Shown here piece by piece: positions 24,246 through 37,246 of a stretch of DNA of 64,000 bases. Positions within the stretch are counted from its first letter, which is position 1; every line of letters starts with the position of its first letter. Under the pieces are notes generated by a model. The model made no database searches. It had not been told where the DNA came from and saw only the letters and a list, made by a program, of their open reading frames with translations. Location: assembly GCA_030390025.1 (NCBI GenBank), contig CM059425.1, forward strand, positions 169,572,001 to 169,636,000, written 5' to 3'. Position numbers and translations under genes: made by a program. Source of the stretch: Squalus acanthias. Its lineage: Eukaryota.

Positions 24246-26659
24246 GACTGTGAGCAAGTGGTGTTAGCAGAACCCTTTAAATGAGAAGCAAGGCATTCTC
24301 CACTTGCAGTAAGACTCCCTGTCACCTCAGCAAATTTAAACAACTCTAGAAAGCTCCAAACAGTTGCACAAACTTACACAGAGCCTGTACAACTGAAAAA
24401 GCATGTCAGCTACAAATTGTTGATAATCCCTTTAAATAGCTCTGCTGGGGGGGTCCTTCCTGCTGCTGGTTGATTTGGAGAGGGCGTTAAATGGAGCGGT
24501 GATGTCCAAATGGCAAATTGTGCGTCAAATCAGCATTGCACATTCATTTACGTCACAATCTATCTCATTTAAATATCTGCAGCGAGTGCAGGCAATGACA
24601 GCACTGCCAACCTGCCCAAAATGGCGGCTGCCACAGGACCTGCCAGAAGTGGGCGGAAGTGAGGCAGCCGCCATTTTTTCTTCCAAACCGCCCTTGACGG
24701 CTGGCGCTAAAGGCTCCACTATCGTGGCCTGTGACTCGTTACTGAAAAGTGCATCTGTTGTCAGTCGTCAGGATTGGGCTTGGCTATGATTTTGCTCATA
24801 GTTGCATAGACTCTGACACATAAATAGTAGCCACTTGGGTGAGGTTCCATTGGGGGAATCAGCCTTCATGAAGGGAGGAAGAAAACTGGATAGAGAAAAG
24901 AAGCTGATTCCAACTATGGCAAATGAAACTGAGCAACAGCCAATTTCCGACTCCAAATAGGACTGTTTGCTTAAGGCACCGGAACTCGGGGGATAATGTT
25001 AACCTATCACACCCGGCAGGAAACCGACGGGACAGGATCGGTCGCCTCTTTTACACCCTGCCTGATTTTACCTTCTATTTACTTCAACATATATAACATG
25101 TCTGCAAAATGTGTCAATGCATTACAAAATTATAGGGAATTTTGTATAAGCAATGTTAAAAGCATAGAAGTATTTCACAAACTAAGGAGCTTTTATTTCA
25201 AAATTTAACCCAAAATTTGTTGTATTGCTTTTTAGGTTTCATATTCTCTATTTAGAGAAAAATACTTCAATAAAAGAAAAATGGTCAGCTAATAGGAAAT
25301 AATTATGATAAAAATTATCCAATTCTAAATTTATTTTATTAAATAACCAGCAAATGAAAAGCAATGGCTTCCATCATCTGCTCTGATATGTTGTCAAGGA
25401 CAAATTCAAACACTTGTACTTGATGCTTGCAGTAGTGACAAGATAAAGAAAGTCATTTGTTTGACATCCCTTTGCACTCTTAATGTCGCAGCTCTCCAGG
25501 TAGTGTAATTACTTAGCACGGTTTGAGTGCTTCAAACTGCCAATAATTGTTACATCAGGACATCACATAGTTACTTCAAATGGCAAGTTGCATTTATTTC
25601 TTCAATTATGCATAATCATAATCAACACAGCAGAATACTGCAAATTACAGAAAAAGCGTCACTATGCAACAAAAAAGGTACAAAACTCATTCAGAATGGG
25701 GCTGATAATCACTATACATTTCTATATCACAAAAGACGTAGGTCATTTAAATCCAGACTTATGTCCATGGGTTATAGTGTACAACAGGCTGATGGACTGT
25801 GCATATTGTGTTGGTGAATTTTACACATACAAACATTTTTATTTATCATAAATTTAAAGTTGGATGCTGCAATGAATTACAGAACAATTCCCTCAAGTAT
25901 ATTGTGACCGTTGAGCTGAGGCTAACAATGTAACCTGCAATCTACTGTTAGTGTGATCCTGCTGGCAGGAGACAATTCTGACTGGGGAAAACCTGTTAGG
26001 ACCCTGGTTCACCTGTATCTACCTTCTGGTGGATAGCTATACGCACTGGCCAAATGAGAGAGCGGCATCGTATGTTCACAGTTCCACTACTTTGCTGTCC
26101 TAGCTGGAGGTTCTTCATGATGAAAGCAAAATATTGCTATATTTTGCGCTAAATAGTGAATATGAAACATAAAAATACAATACAATGAATTTTGAAAATA
26201 AGCATCTTAATGTATTGCATACTACTATGCTTTTGAAAGTGCCTACACAAAGTTTCCTATCATTTGTAATGCTTTGACAGAGTTTGCATATATGTAAACA
26301 GGACGCTTTGTGCTGAATTTTAATGTGCAGGAACGCGTGGGTTTGGGAGTGAGTGGGGGGTTAAAAATTGTGAAATTGACAGTGCGGCAGGAAGCCGGTT
26401 CCAACCCGCCAAATTCTGGGTTTCACTGCAGCGCGTTAGGCAATGTGCGCGCAACAACCCCCTCAGGAGAGGCAGATTGCCACTTAACAAATGTTAATCG
26501 CGCAATTAGAGCGATATTGCCATCGATTTTTCAGTTTAACTTTGGGTTTCCCGGGCTTCCTGTAACTCGCCAGTGAAAGCAAGGCAAGTACATAATGGCA
26601 ATTGAGGGGTCTGAAGCAACCTCGGGGGAATATGCAGATAAATACTCAGTACTCTGCAA

Positions 26660-28208
26660 AGTCCTCCTCACTGACATATCCCTCACTCTACCATTACCAT
26701 CAAGCCAGTGAACCAGCCTTGGTTCAATAAGGAGTGTAGAAGAGCATGCCAAGAGCAACACCAGGTGTACCTAAAATGAGATGCCAACCTGGTGAAGCTA
26801 CAACACAGGACTACATGCATGCTAAACAGTGGAAATAGCATGCGATAGACAGGGCTCAACGATCGTACAATCAACGGATCAGATCAAAGCTCTGCAGTCC
26901 TGCCACATCCAGTCATGAATGGTGGTGGACAATTAAATAAACAACGGGAGGAGGAGGCTCCATGAACATCCCCATCCTCAATGATGGAGGAGCCCAGCAC
27001 ATGAGTGCAAAAGACATAGCTGAAGCATTTGCAACCATCCTCAGCCTGAAGTGCCAAGTGGATGATCCATCTTGGCCTCCTCCTGATGTCCCCACCATCA
27101 CAGAAGCCAGTCTTCAGCCAATTTGATTCACTCCACTGGAGTCATACTTAGCACAAAGGAAGATGGTTGTGGTTGTTGGAGGCCAATCATCTCAGCCCCA
27201 GGACATCGCTGTAGGAGTTCCTCAGGGCAGTGTCCTAGGCCCAACCATCTTCAGCTGCTTCATCAATGACCTTCCCTCCATCATAAGGTTAGAAGTGGGG
27301 ATGTTCGCTGATGATTGCACTGTGTTCAGTTCCATTCGCAACTCCTCAGAGAATGAAGCAGTCCGTGCCCGCATCCAGCAAGACCTGGACAACATTCAGG
27401 CATGGGCTTATAAGTGGCAAGTAACATTCATGCCACACAAGTACCAGGCAATGACCATCTCCAACAAGCAAGAGTCTAACTACCTCCCTTTGACATTCAA
27501 TGGCATTACCATCGTCGAATCCCCCACCATCAAAATCCTGGGGGGTCACCATTACCCAGAAATGTAACTGGACCAGCCACATAAATACTGTGGCTAAAAG
27601 AGCAGCTTAGAAACTGGGTGTACTGCGACGAGTGACTCACCTCCTGACTCCCCAAAGTCTTTCCACCATCTACAAGGTGCAAGTCAGGAGTGTGATGGAA
27701 TACTCTCCACTTGCCTGGATGAGTGCAGCTCCAACAACACTCAAGAAGCTCGACACTATCCAGGACAAAGCAACTCGCTTGATTGGTACCCCATCCACCA
27801 CCTTAAACATTCACTCCCTCCATCAACGGTTCACCATGGCTGCAGTGTGAACCATCTACAAGATGCACTTCAGCAACTCGCCAAGGCTTCAGCAGCACCT
27901 CCCAAACCCACGACCTCTACCACCTAGAAGGACAAGGGCAGCAGGCGCATGGGAACACCACCACCTCCAAGTTCCCATCCAAGTCACACACCATCCTGAC
28001 TTGGAAATATATCGCCGTTCCTTCATCGTCGCTGGGTCACAATCCTGGAATTTCCTCCCTAACAGCACTATGGGAGTACCTTCATAACACAGTCTGCAGC
28101 GGTTAAACAAGATGGCTCACCACCACCTTCTCAGGGGAAATTAGGGATGGGCAATAAATTTTGGCCTGCCAGTGTTGCCCACCTCTTGTGAATTATTATA
28201 TTAAAAAA
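26660..28208 (+). mobile_element. 5'-truncated, internally deleted copy of the tRNA-headed LINE family
   Basis: Collinear with 42760-44756 apart from a deletion at about 27136. Contains PQGSVLGP and FADD. Confidence 0.9.
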
Positions 28209-28364
28209 AACTGCTCCTTCAAAACTGTAAGCAAGTTAATTATCACATGCTGTATAGTATAATGTTCTCAATAAATTTGCACATGTAGGTACATGGCACA
28301 TTCTCCCTAGTGATTCACATGATTCTTTCAATTTAAACTGGACATAAAATAAACAATTCATATT

Positions 28365-28530
28365 ACATAGGATATATGGCACAGAAACAGGCCATTCGGC
28401 CCAACCAGTCCATGCCGGCGTTTATGCTCCACACGAGCCTCCTCCCGTCTTTCCTCATCTAAATCTATCAGCATAACCCTCTAGTCCCTTTTCCCTCATA
28501 TGCTTAACTAGCCTCCCCTTAAATGCATCT
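28365..28530 (-). mobile_element. CR1-type 3' end fragment
   Basis: acagaaacaggccattcggccca...ccctt...ttaaatgcatc resembles the reverse complement of CR1 3' UTRs. Confidence 0.55.
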
Positions 28531-30070
28531 ACAACATTTTCCCTCATAAGTTTAACAGTTCAATCCTTTAATTGTTCAGCCAACCCCTTCTTTATCTGGA
28601 GTCTTCGACGTCTCTATTACTTTCATTTGAATAAAGCAGCATGGTGTTACAAGGCTTAACAATTAAAGGTTTCCTATAGTTGCTCAGTCACAGCCAATAA
28701 CTCATTGTGGTTTGACTAATCAGTATCTGACACATTGCCTCTCCACTTACTTCTTTGTTTAGCTCCCTGACATCTCCCACTGTCATGAGATTATCATTGT
28801 GTGGGATCAATGTCATTAAACACCCTGAACATGCAGCTAAAAAGAATTGGTAAAATTATGTCAGATTATACCATTTAAATACATAAAACTGCTAGCAAAA
28901 TGAAGGTTGAAGGGGCTGGGTATATGTCCAGCACAGTGATATGATATGTTAAACAAATGTTCCCAATGGTGACTGATTAGGTGAAAGTGTACCATTGAAA
29001 TCAGCTTTACTGCTTGCTGTAAAATAGAGTGAACATTCAAAGAGTGAGTATCCCATGCTTAATCCCTTTCATCATTCATCATTATAATTTCTGTTTTCAA
29101 TATTCACATATATTTCCAGTGTAACCAGAATCTGATTAGTTTTTGTTATGCATAAGCCTTTTCTGCTCTTGTTACAGACATCACTTTCAGACATCAGGCT
29201 ATTAGATGTATTATTCTACATTAAATCATGAATATTTAGTCATTATTTGAAATAAATGTCAACATCACTAAATTGAATAATGCAGGAAAGGACTCACTGA
29301 CTACAGTGCCAAGAAATACACTGACATTCATCAATGCAAATGTGAACCACTAGTGGAGCTGATCCCAAAGGGACAGCACCAGGATAAGAAATAAAAGCAT
29401 AATTTTGAAAATAAAAAGCTTGCCCTTTGACCTAATGTACAACCACCATAGAATTCAACTCAAGCCTCCGACCTTTGCCCTACATTATTTTTATTGTGGT
29501 TCAATCTATAAGAGTCTGAAAGGAAAAGGGTTTAATGTGAGCAAAGGGTAACAAGCGCTTCCTGCATATTTTAAACAGTGGGAGCCTTTCTAAATGTCTA
29601 CATTGGCTGTCACAGATTATCAATTAACCTGCCCAGAGCAGTGGTTCCAATCTGTACATTATTCAACATATTACAACTGCATGTCTTATTTTGACTGTGG
29701 TTAGTACAAAGGTGCTTAATGTGATGTAGAATATAACTGCATTCCCTCTACAGATCCTCAATATTACACTTTTGCTGAGTGTGATAGCAGATGGGAAGCA
29801 GTTCAACAAGGTGCCACAGAATGTTTATAAATATATATGTGAATTGCAAGGTTTGACAAGTACATAAGCATGCACCAGTGTTTCCCATTAACTAGTTAAT
29901 AATGGTGGTGGTATGGTTGCCTTGGAAGGTGGAAGACTTACATATGGTTAGATAGATTAATAAAAGATTCCCCACCAGGATAGTGAGGCTTGGCAGCCTG
30001 TACATCCCAGACCCGATATACAGTTATTCCAATTTATTGTCTTGTCATTTTCAATAATATTGTAACACAC

Positions 30071-30161
30071 CATCTGCCTCTTATGTAAAAATACATGCCA
30101 GTTAACTGCCAAAGCACTTCCTTCCACAGAATGCACAAATAAAGTACTTAGCACAATTTTC
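30071..30161 (-). CDS. Candidate internal coding exon
   Basis: ttgtttagatttag|G AAA ATT ... CAG ATG|gtgtgt, translating KIVLSTLFVHSVEGSALAVNWHVFLHKRQM. The other two frames are closed. Confidence 0.2.
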
Positions 30162-32619
30162 CTAAATCTAAACAATTTTGTTTTTCTGTTCTGTGCCATT
30201 GTATTTATATTTTCTTTACTGTTAATTGCATTGCAATTTGATTAACAGTTTGGAATATTGCTCAGGCTATGTTTTGCCAGCACATTTCACTTATCCATAC
30301 TTTAACCCAGACTGGAAAGCAATGTTGTTGATACTGGGGCCTGATGGTTATTCAGACATCTCTCTAAAGGGAATTGTGCTGCAGAAACACAAGAAGTGAA
30401 TGTTCCAATTAGTACAGGGAGGGTTGTGCATTTCTCTTTTACTTTTCAAAATCAATATACATGGCACAGCTTCTGTGTATTAATCAACCAGTTTATTTCA
30501 TTCAGTTCTGAACAACCAAGGAAGATCTCTTCTACAGTGCCCCTCATCCTAATTATATTCACCTGTGTACAAATGATCTACTTAAATCCATTAAATTTAA
30601 TTAGCTATTTTAATTCAAAGTGTTACAGTATTGAAGAAAATACACAATAAGAAAAATACATAATTAAAAAATTGGGTCACATTTCCATTTGACACTGCAA
30701 GCAAATTTACTTGAGTACCCTACCTGGAGAATCTACATTCCTTGTGGATGGCTGGAAATTGCTATTGTTGGGGGATCGTTCACCGTGATATGGGTCTGAA
30801 TTTTCTGGGGGGGTAGCGGGCGCGATCGTTGGCGGGTTGGGTGGGAACATTGTTATTTTTGACAGCGGGTCAGGAACCCGCTGTCATCTTGCTTCCATGC
30901 GCCTTTCCCCCCCCCGACGCATCTGTCATCCTGGAGCCGACCCGACCTGCAGTGGCGGGGGACCCAATTGAGATCATTATCAGGTAGTTGACAGGCACTT
31001 AAGAGCCTTTTCCCCCTACTTTTTAAATTTCCCTGCATGGCCATGGGATTCACGCAGCTCGGGAAGCACGTCTGTCAACCTGAGGCGTGAGTTCCGTGGC
31101 CATTGCTCCAGCTGATTACTTGACAGCATGGAAAACAAACCAAAATAAAAACAAATTGATTACATCAGCTAACAGATTGATGGAGATTCTGTTCTACTTG
31201 AAAAGCTACTGGTAAATGTCCATTCAGAAATTCCTGAAGGGATGTAAGTGCTACACTGGATGGTGAGGGAAATACATTTTTCACTGGTCATTCTCGGTTG
31301 TTGCCTTCTAACTCAACAGTAATTGCAGTGAATTGATCTGCACTATAAAAAATGACATATACCATTTAAATACATTTTTGAGCTGTTTCTGGTCAGGTTT
31401 TTCTCCTAGTATACTGTAATTGTCCAGTTACACATTAAATCAAGTCATCAACCGTAACAATTTCATTCTCATCACTTATTCCACTGGTTCAATTTATTTT
31501 GAGTCCCTGAATATGACTAATTTAATTTTTCAGTCTGAGACTTTAGGGTGAATTTCTGCGGAGGTTCTCTCACTTGTCTATTGTTAACTTCAATGGAAGA
31601 GCTGCAGAAATCCCAGAAACACATTGTAAGCACCACTTACACTGTCAGGGATTCCGCAGCTCTTCCACTGAACTTGCATAAGATTGTAAATCCACCCCTT
31701 TCCAATTACATTTAAAATCTGCTTAATTTTATGTATTACCTATACACACACCTCTTTTATTTGTACCAGTTACTGATACAAAAGTCTATAGATTTGAGAC
31801 TAAAGCACCAATAACTTCCCAATTAATGTACTTTTTTAACTATGTTCTTGATCGTATTTGTAGATGGCGTCATATTACTTAATATATTATTTAAATATTT
31901 CTTTGTCACTCATATATAACTTTTATTATATTATTGTAGAGTAAAGAGTCAACACCCACTATGTTAGATTAAACTTAAAATTTAATGTGGCCAGGGTCCC
32001 TTTAAGGATCCCGGCTTAAAACGCATCATGAATGACGTCACCAGACCCGCTCCATCTGATTGGGCCTGGTAACGCGCTGGGCGGGCTTAATAGGCCCCAT
32101 TGAGGTAAGTTCATTTTCTACAGCGGGATGGAGCCAGCAACGGGGTCGCGACCCACCACGGACACCGGCCGCACCGGACCATCCAAGGTAAGGAAAATTC
32201 CGGCCATTGTATTTTTTGTATAAAAATATGCTTTGATTGAAAACTTGTTATGAACAGGTATAACTCAATTAAGTAACCACTTGACACAACTGCCTGCTCT
32301 GTTCTGTAAAGAACCATTAGAGTCAAAAGGGGGTGTGGTAATCAGGTGACAAGTGGGTTTGTGTCTAGCATCTATTTTGAATCAGCTTCCATGGCAGTGG
32401 ACTGCCTGTGTGCATTAGATGCTTCAGATGATTCACAGTTATATACTTCCTTTGTCCCAACCCAGGCATGCTGTAGCTCATCTGTTCTTCTTGTACCACT
32501 TGTAGTATTGGAATCATGGAGACTATCGTGGCTAGACAAAACCTATTCCTGACACTGGTTCAGGCTCTGTGTCACCAACTTGGGACTGCTCTTAGTTACG
32601 TACTATGTAGATAAATGAT

Positions 32620-34240
32620 CCTGAAATAGGACTTGAGGAAGCAACATTGAAAATTGGCAATGGCACCAAATTGGGGGAGTTTAGCAAATGGCGATGAGGA
32701 TTGTGAAGGACTGGAGAACACAGATGGGTTAGCTGGATTGTGAGATCAGTGCAATTCAACGTTGAAAATGTGAAATAATGGCCCAGATATTCTGATCCCT
32801 ACGGATGGGTACGCGCTGTGTACCCACCCGTAGGGACATCGGAAATGCCGGTTTCAGGCATGCACTGCGCATTTTCTGAAAACCGGCATTTCCGATCTGT
32901 CAAGAATGGTCTTAACAGATCCTCCGGCTGCCCTGGAGAAGGGCCTCTGCGGGCGGAGAGTTCCGCTTTTTGGAGACCCTCCGCCCACAGAAAACCCTTA
33001 CAATTCTTACGCCTGGTAAAAGCAGGCATAAGGCCTGCTTTTACCAGGATAAGAGTTGAAAAAAAAGGGGAAAAAAAAATTATTTTCACTGATTTATCAT
33101 TTAAAAATACTTTTCAAAAAGGTAAGTTTATTTTTAGCCCCGTCAAAAACTTTTATTATTTTTTTCAAAAAATTAAATTTTTGTTTAAAATACTTAATTT
33201 ATTGTAATTTCAAGTCATTTAAAATGTGATTTTTAAAAAATGTATTTAAAGTTTTACTATGTTTTTTCATTGATCTCCATTCATATATTTGACAGGTCTT
33301 CCTGTCAAATGTATGAAGGGAGATTCCCTTCTGTGATTGGCTCCCCATGGCCCACGTGTTCCCAGGGACGCTGCGAACTACATGCGCCCCTGGGATACGT
33401 GGGCCCTACGCACTTCAAGTTTGGTGAGGCCCAGGAGCGGAAGCGTGTGCGTCCCGGGCGCCCTCAGGTAAGGGCGCAGATTTTTCCAGATTGCAGGCCT
33501 CCGCTTGTGGGAGGCCTGCAATCGGAAAATACGGGCCAATATATTTTGGAAGTAAGAATAGAAATAGGAACTACACCTTAAATAGTGAGATTTTAAATGG
33601 AATGCAGGAGCAGAGAGATCTTGGTGTCCAAATAGACAGATCATTAAAGGTGGCAGTGCAAACAGATAAGGCTATAAAAAGACAACAGAATCCTTGATTT
33701 TGTATAGGGATCAAAAGCAAGGAGTTAGTGTTTAACTTGAACAAAGCCTTAGACTGCAGTTGGAGTATTGTGTGAAATTTTTGGGCATTCCATTATAGGA
33801 AAGTAACAGAAGCAATAGAAAAGGTGCAGAGTATATGGACTCTGAAGTTGCCAGGCATGAGCAGTTACAGTTATGAGGAGAGACTTAAGCAGTTAGGGAT
33901 TTTTTTCACTGGCACTCAGAAGGTAAAGATGACTTCAAGGTTATGAAGGGCTTTGATAAGGTAACTATGGATAGATTTTCTCCACTGGCCAGCAAGACAG
34001 CAATGAAAGGGCATAAATTTAAAACATGACTGAAAGAATTAATGGGGAGGTTAGAAGAAAGAGTCCCTAAGTACTTTTAAAAAGGAATGAGATTTTTCCC
34101 TGAAAAAGAGCAATATTAAAGTGTATGGAGCAAGCAGGAGAGTGGGATTAGAGTAGATGGTTCAAGTGGAGGAAATCATTGGTGCAGACTTAATGGGCCG
34201 AGTGGCCTAAATTATGCTGTAACATTCTATGATTCTATGA
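32620..34240 (+). mobile_element. Old degenerate CR1 LINE 3' part, interrupted by a MITE
   Basis: Eroded RT C-terminal motifs (gttggagtattgtgtg, tatgaggagagactt) and tail attctatgattctatg. Confidence 0.75.
32780..33537. mobile_element. Harbinger-type MITE
   Basis: TIRs ggcccagatattctgat / atcggaaaatacgggcc and TSD AAT (32777-32779, 33538-33540). GC-rich ends with an AT-rich core. Confidence 0.85.
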
Positions 34241-34645
34241 TGAGAGTTAGTAACGTGTTGCACCTTTTGTTATTTTCATGTATTTAATGATGTGTAAGTT
34301 AAATGTTCTGCAATCAAGTGAAATCTGTTTTATTGATCTTCTGCTACTGTTAAATTTTTACTTTCAATAAACCTGATTTGCAATTTATAACCTACATCAA
34401 ATGGGCTGATAGAGTGTTTATTCTTCCATTATCTGAAGGATGGAAGAACACAAGAGGGCTTGTATCATTTCCATAAACTAATCCCATTAATGAGAATTTG
34501 TGTTCCACCTTGGGCAACGCTGAATAACAAGATTTTGTACAGGTAAAGGCACATTTCAGTTAATAGCGAGTGAGGGCTCACTTATAAGACTGGCCATTGG
34601 TGCAGAACATAAAAGTATCTGGTGATACCTTAAAAATATAATGGA

Positions 34646-34890
34646 GTGCCCAGGAACATGTTAATGTTTTCAGGGGGTGCCCAGGAACGCATTAATGTTT
34701 GCAGAGGATTCCCAGGAATGCGTAAATGTTTGTAGAGGATTCCCGGGATTGTGTTAATATTTGCAGGGCATTCCTAGATGTGTTGATATTTGCATGAGTA
34801 TCTTGGAGTGTGGCAATATTTTCCGGAGTTCTCCAGAGTTTCTCAGTATTTCCAGGGTCCCTATGAATGTATCTATATTTGCAGGGGTCC
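34646..34890. repeat. Degenerate tandem repeat of about 30 bp, about 8 copies
   Basis: Consensus-like unit ttcccaggaatgYgttaatRtttgcagRgga, progressively decaying rightwards. Confidence 0.75.
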
Positions 34891-35094
34891 TCCACACACA
34901 AAAGGTTACCTCAGTTCTGGCCTGAATTCATCTGTTTCATCATTTTAAGATGTCGTTTCTGCTGCCTTTCAATAAAAAGATTACCTATCTGTAAAGCTAA
35001 GAAGCAAACCATATATGTGAATGCACCAAAATAAGATCATTTCAGATTCATTTAAGAAATAACTGAAAGTTGGCTGATCTAAATAATTTATGTC

Positions 35095-35400
35095 TTCAAG
35101 CTCGATAACCATTTCTCTATAAGTACTGCATTGAATTTCCCTTAGTTTCTCACATTTATGCCTGTACGCTTCAGGCATTAAATTATAAGCCCTGAGAACA
35201 ACATGCTTTACAATATCATAGTCCATGCTATCGGTGGGATTAACACGAGAAAATGCTGCAAGCACCTTTCCAATTGGTGACATTCGGCTGGTCTGTTCAT
35301 TTTTGTCCCACTTGTGGTGACTAGCTAAGATTTCAAATGTGCAGATAAAACTATCGGTATCAACCCCTTCTTTAAAGTTTGGAATCTGATTACCTTGACT
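35095..35400 (-). mobile_element. Gypsy (Gmr1-like) gag/SCAN-like fragment
   Basis: Open frame IPNFKEGVDTDSFICTFEILASHHKWDKNEQTSRMSPIGKVLAAFSRVNPTDSMDYDIVKHVVLRAYNLMPEAYRHK matches the FE-x-A-xxx-W ... YD-VK---L-AY-L-PEAYR-KF pattern. Confidence 0.75.
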
Positions 35401-35551
35401 CCACTTACTGGACTTGCTGCTGATCCCTGTTTATCTGCTAGTTTAAAAGCATGGCGATGCTCTTTCTCCTTCTTGCCAGTCTGATCCTGACGCAGTCTCT
35501 TCTGTTTGCCGGCCCTCTCTCCTTCACATTGGCCTCCAATTCTTCCTATGT

Positions 35552-36545
35552 ACAACAACAACAACAGCAACAGGTATTTATATAGCACCTTTACCATAGT
35601 AAAACGTCCCAAGGCGCTTCACAGGAGCATTGTCAATTAACATTTTTGTCACCAAGCCACATAAGGAGATATTAGGGCATATGACCAAAAGTTTGGTCAA
35701 AGAGGTAGGTTTTAAGGAACGTCTTAAGGGAGAAAAGAGAGATAGAGAGGTGGAGAGGTTTATGGAGGGAATTCCAGAGCTTAGGGCCTTGGCAGCTGAA
35801 GGCACGGCCACCAATGGTGGAACGATTAAAATCGGGGATGCTCCAGAGGCCAGAATTGGAGGAACACAGATATCTCGGAGGGTTGTAGGGCTGGAGGAAA
35901 TTACAGAGATTGGGAGGGTCGAGGCCATTGGAGAGATTTGAAAACATGGATGAGAATTTTAAAATCAAGGTGCTGCTTAACCGGGAGCCAATGTAGGTCA
36001 GCGAGCACAAGGGTGATGGGTGAACGGGACTTGGTGCGAGTTAGGACACAGGCAGCAGAGTTTTGGATGACCTCAAGTTTATGGACGGTAGAAAGTGGGA
36101 GGTCAGCCAGGAGTGCGTTGGAATAATCAAGTCTAGAGGCAACAAAGGCATGGATGAGGGTTTCAGCAGCAGATGAGCTGAGGCAGGGACAGAGTCAGGT
36201 GATGTTACGGAGGTGGAAATAGGCGGTCTTAGTTATGCTGCGGATATGTGGTCAGAAGCTCATCTCGGGGTCAAATATGACACCAAGGTTGTGAACAGTT
36301 TGGTTCAGCCTCAGACAGTTTTCAGGGAGAGGGATGGAGTCGGTGGCTAGGAAACGGAGTTTGTGGCGGGGACCGAAGAGAATGGCTTCAGTCTTCCTAA
36401 TATTTAGTTGGAGGAAATTTCTGCTCACCCAGTACTGGATGTCGGGCAAGCAGGGTGCAACGTTAGAGAGAGTGGAGGGGTCGAGAGAGGTGGTGGTGAG
36501 GTGGAGCTGGGTGTCTTCGGCGTACAGGTGGAAGCTGACGCTGCT
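35552..36545 (-). mobile_element. L2 LINE 3' fragment
   Basis: YAEDTQL, NFLQLNIRKTE, GGRAFSCQGPKLWNSL and LKTYLF. Tail is ggtgctatataaata(c/t)...(gtt)n. Confidence 0.9.
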
Positions 36546-37246
36546 TATGTTCGTTGTCTAGTTGAAGCTCTCACTCTCTCAACTGAAGCTCTCACTCCTT
36601 CAGCAAAATTCTTTATCTCTCTTTTTCTTGAACCACCAATTGCGTCATTTCAATTTCTGCCCCTTTTGATTGGCTGACATTTTCAGGTATTGCTGCTGCG
36701 GTTCTGGTCAGCCTCCAATCCTAACCAGCTCAGGGCTTCAGATGAGCAAGTTTTCTCTTGCTCGGCCAGGTTTCGTCCCTAGCTGCGTAACTCACTGCCC
36801 TTGTGTTCTTTTATCCGTTTTCCTCTCTCCTCCCAGTCAGTGGGAGGGCTGTCCCCCGTCTCCTTCCCAATCAGTGATTACCCTAGTTGCCTGACAAATA
36901 ACTGGCCACCTCTCCTTCCACCTTCGTGTGCAGGTTTAAAGAAAACACCTGTTATTCTCAAAATGAATAGGGGCCATCTGTTCTATCCTGTGACTACCAG
37001 GATTGTAGAAGGTGAATTAGATGGACTGTGGTATTTTTTTATCCAGCAATTGCTATGTTCCGATGTTCCATCTGGTTTAATGGGCCTGGAATGAGACAAA
37101 TGACTCTTAGTGTACGAGGTTGAAATAGACTGTGAGCTGCGACATTCCACAAATTGGCTTTAATGTACATGCTGAATACCTGCTGCCTGTGGCTTTTTTT
37201 TTTTAACTCTGTGCAAAATCATTTTGTTTGGTGATGTAATTGGATT

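Larger units (their letters stand above)
20450..24729. mobile_element. PIF/Harbinger transposon B (Myb/SANT on +, transposase on -)
   Basis: TIRs ggcctaaaaagtgg / ccactatcgtggcc and 3-bp TSD TGT (20447-20449, 24730-24732). Same family as element A in opposite orientation. Confidence 0.88.
20270..24880 (+). mobile_element. Old tRNA-SINE relic (LF-SINE-like) split by Harbinger B (parts 20270-20449 and 24730-24880)
   Basis: The degenerate SINE body continues across the Harbinger insertion, and a similar body occurs at 49081-49170. Family name is from recollection only. Confidence 0.4.

Noticed and set aside
32373..32543. Minus-strand open frame of about 56 codons after an AG
   Set aside because: The acceptor is poor, the peptide is low in information, and it does not fit the other candidate exons.
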